A DNA stretch of 64,000 bases from Mobula birostris (Eukaryota), in NCBI RefSeq assembly GCF_030028105.1, contig NC_092377.1:51586952-51650951 (forward strand), read 5' to 3'. Positions 61,192-64,000 of the stretch are shown here, piece after piece (position 1 is the first letter of the stretch; each line of letters begins with the position of its first letter). Both the position numbers and the translations under genes were made by a program. The notes beneath the pieces were generated by a model, which saw nothing but the letters and a program-made list of their open reading frames with translations, did not search any database and was not told the origin of the DNA.

Positions 61192-61568
61192 ATATAAATC
61201 TGTGCACCCCTTATTGAGATAGAAAGTGCTGGCAATACTCACCAGGCCAAGAAGCGTCAGTGGAATGAGAAATAGAATTAATATATTAGGTCGATAACAT
61301 TACATTGTGTTTGGGAGTAGGTCTGGGCACCACAATGCTATCACATGTCCAGATCAAAGTCAATCTTGCCAGCTGCAGCTTTCTGAAAATGTTCGTGACA
61401 TTCTGTGGCAACAAAAATCTATGAAGATCAACAAAACACTTTAAACCACTTTTAAACAATTAAAAAAAAGCAAAATCCAATGTTTAAAAATAATGTGAAT
61501 TATGTTTACACTAATCACTAGTGTAATGCTGTGCATTCAAATGTTTGAGTTTGCTTTTCCTGTGCCAG

Positions 61569-61592
61569 AAGTTGTTGGAATAAGTTTGTCAG
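61569..61592 (+). other. Candidate 24-nt microexon of an unidentified host gene
   Basis: TTTGCTTTTCCTGTGCCAG|24 nt|GTATGT with exon ending CAG; CTAAT branch-like motif at 61511; two of three frames open. Confidence 0.3.
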
Positions 61593-63542
61593 GTATGTAT
61601 TTTTCAGCAGCAGTTTCATTCTAGGAGGTCATGGCGCAGATTGACCAGCAGACTCCAGCCATTTTCTGGTGTAGTTGAAGGTTCAATCACAATATAAGAA
61701 TTTGATAGGAATAACAGAAGAATATTTAGTGAAAGTAGAAGAAACTAAAATTTAATTTGTCACCGTAGCGTTATTTTCAAACCCATTACAATAATTTTCA
61801 TATAAAGCATATTTTCCTATGCTGAATAATTCTTCCCTTTGACTGTAATTATCAATGGACATGAAGCAGGAAAATGTTTTTACATGATATCTTGTATGAG
61901 ATATGTAGAGTGTTAATTTCCCCTCATCATGTATGAAGGTAAACAGTAACAGCCTGGTTCATAACATAAGCTTACAAGTTTCAGCAAGAAAAAGGATATA
62001 CTATAGCATTACCAATGCATGAATTAATTTTGCAGCCAGAAGTCATCACAACTTGACTGCAAGAATATTTTACACTTTAAATTCTGTCAGCATTGTTAAT
62101 TGTTAGCGGGGATAAATTATTTGTCGATTTTCTCATGCAGGGAATAACTACACACAAGACTAATATAAGCTCAATTGATTTAAGAAAAGTGTTATCATTG
62201 AAATAGAGATAGCTTTTATTAGAATGAGTAAGAAGCATGATCCTTCAAATGTAAGGAGGATTTTATGATGACAGAGTGATGGTGAAATGATTGAAATGAA
62301 ATTTCTTATGTTGGAATATGTTTCCTTGGAAAACCATCCTATCTTGAAAGAGATTTTGATGGTTATTTTCATCTGGTGCAACCAGCAGCGAATATATAAA
62401 ATAAGACTATTGTTATACATAGATCAGAAAATGTCAGGTGCAGCAGTTATGTAAAGAATGCCTGGTGAGAGATAAAACAACTGAGGTTTAAATTTGTTTC
62501 ACAGTTGGAAGTTACAATATTATCTTTTGAAAAGGTGCATCTTGAAATTATGATACTCATGTTATTTAATTTCCAATGCAATTTAGTCGTGTTCCACCAG
62601 GATTGCCATCTGTCCTGTATCCCTACATCTAAAAGGAAACTTGGCTCTTCAATATCATTTTGATATAAGAATCCACTTTTTCGCTGGCAGAGAGTTTGAT
62701 GTTGGGGTGAAGTGTCCCCAGGCCAGCCTGGATACTACAAAAGGAATGTCCATTTAAAAAACACACAATTACAGTGAACTTAGAGGCTTTCCAACACATG
62801 GCAACAAGGATTCATTTTGTGGAGCAAGATAGTGTCAGCAGAACAGAGGAAGAAAGATTCTGTCTCTTAGCTATTTTGATTATATTAACAACTTGGGCAC
62901 TTCCTTGGATGTAAAGGTATAATGGTAATACTGCTTGCTCTAATATGCATGCTAATTCATAACACCCCTCCTGACGGTGCTGGTGATGAATGTAAGTTTA
63001 ATGACAGCGACTCCAAGAGAAGTTCAAAAACTCCATGAGTGTTAATGGGACAAAGAAGGTTGGGAAAATGACAGATGACCTGTAGTCTATCACCTTGACT
63101 GTTCAAAACTTCAAATGGAGAAGGACTAGGTACTAGCTAAAGGATGAGGTAAATGCCAGGGGCTTTAGGGGATGCGATGCATGGGGATAGGATGCAAGTA
63201 GATACAATTCCACATGCAACAGGCTTTCCACCAAGCCATTTCCCCATCTTCACCGAGTTGCAATGCTGGCAACTCTTAGAATATTCCATGTTACATCTGG
63301 AAGTTTGGGTCACGGGGCAGCGCATTAGCGAGGTGGTTAATATAATGCTATTAGCACCAGTGAAAGAAAGAAAATTTAAATGACACATTTCAGTCACTTC
63401 TCCACCATTAACTCTACTGGTCCACCTTAAAGACCTTCTCTTCTTAATCGATGTTCCTGCTTCTTTTATAATGTACTTACTGTGACAGAGGAAGAGGCAA
63501 TTCAGTTAAATATATCTGCCCTTTCTGCCTCATAAATCCAAA

Positions 63543-64000
63543 TGAACCATAAAAATTAGGAGCAGAATTGGGCCATTCAGCCTATCAAGTTTGCTCTGCC
63601 ATTTCCTTGTGGCTGATCCATTTCCATTTCAACCGCATTCTCCTGCCTTCTTCCTGTAATCTTTCACACCCTGACTAAACAAGAACCTACCAACCTCCAC
63701 CTTAAATTCACCCCACGACTTTGCCTCCACAGCCACCTGTGGCAACAAATTCCACAGATTCACCAACCTCTGGCTATAGGATTTCCTCCTCATCTCCATT
63801 CTAAAATGGATGTCCCTCTGTTCTGAGGCTGTGCTCTCTGGTCCTAGACTCCATCACCATAGGAAGCATCCTCTCCACATTAACTCTGTCTAGTGCTTTC
63901 AACATTTCATAGGTTTCAATGAGATCTCCCCTTCATTCTCCTAAGTTCCACCGAGTAATGGTCCAGAGCCATCAATCACTCTTTATGCATAAGCTTTTTA
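63543..64000 (-). mobile_element. CR1 3' end, runs off the window
   Basis: Reverse of RGDLIETY..RTREHSLR.EG..F.MEMRR..YSQRLVNLWNLLP and 3' UTR. Confidence 0.88.

Overview
Repeat-dense eukaryotic DNA, either intronic or intergenic, with no recognisable host protein-coding gene, rRNA, tRNA or CRISPR array. The repeat content points to a cartilaginous fish, probably a ray; this is inferred from HE1/V-SINEs, Deu-SINEs, CR1 with (TTTCTATG)n tails, Rex1/Babar LINEs and abundant Penelope remnants. The large elements are: a nearly intact 5'-truncated Rex1/Babar LINE (~872-2840); a near full-length RTE LINE with TSD (19016-21960); a 3'-truncated PNMA-gag Gypsy with 5' LTR and tRNA-Pro-like PBS (24735-30765, minus); an old CR1 split by a full-length younger CR1 whose 5' UTR has 103-bp monomers (33786-38081); an IR/DR DD34E Tc1 transposon (41580-43176); and a solo Gypsy LTR with ATAT TSD (60550-61191). 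The most notable signals are: (i) minimal type-I hammerhead ribozymes in the many Penelope ends, two with intact cores and compensatory stem II pairs, plus fold-back insertions that break inside the ribozyme; (ii) in-frame tandem amplifications born inside retroelement coding motifs (3x51 bp in GIY-YIG; 10x30 bp in an RT motif); (iii) an unexplained inverted homologous pair at ~17.0 and ~18.6 kb; and (iv) a candidate 24-nt microexon. I found no evidence for a wholly new multi-gene system. All family assignments come from motif recognition by eye, not database searches, and fragment boundaries are approximate.
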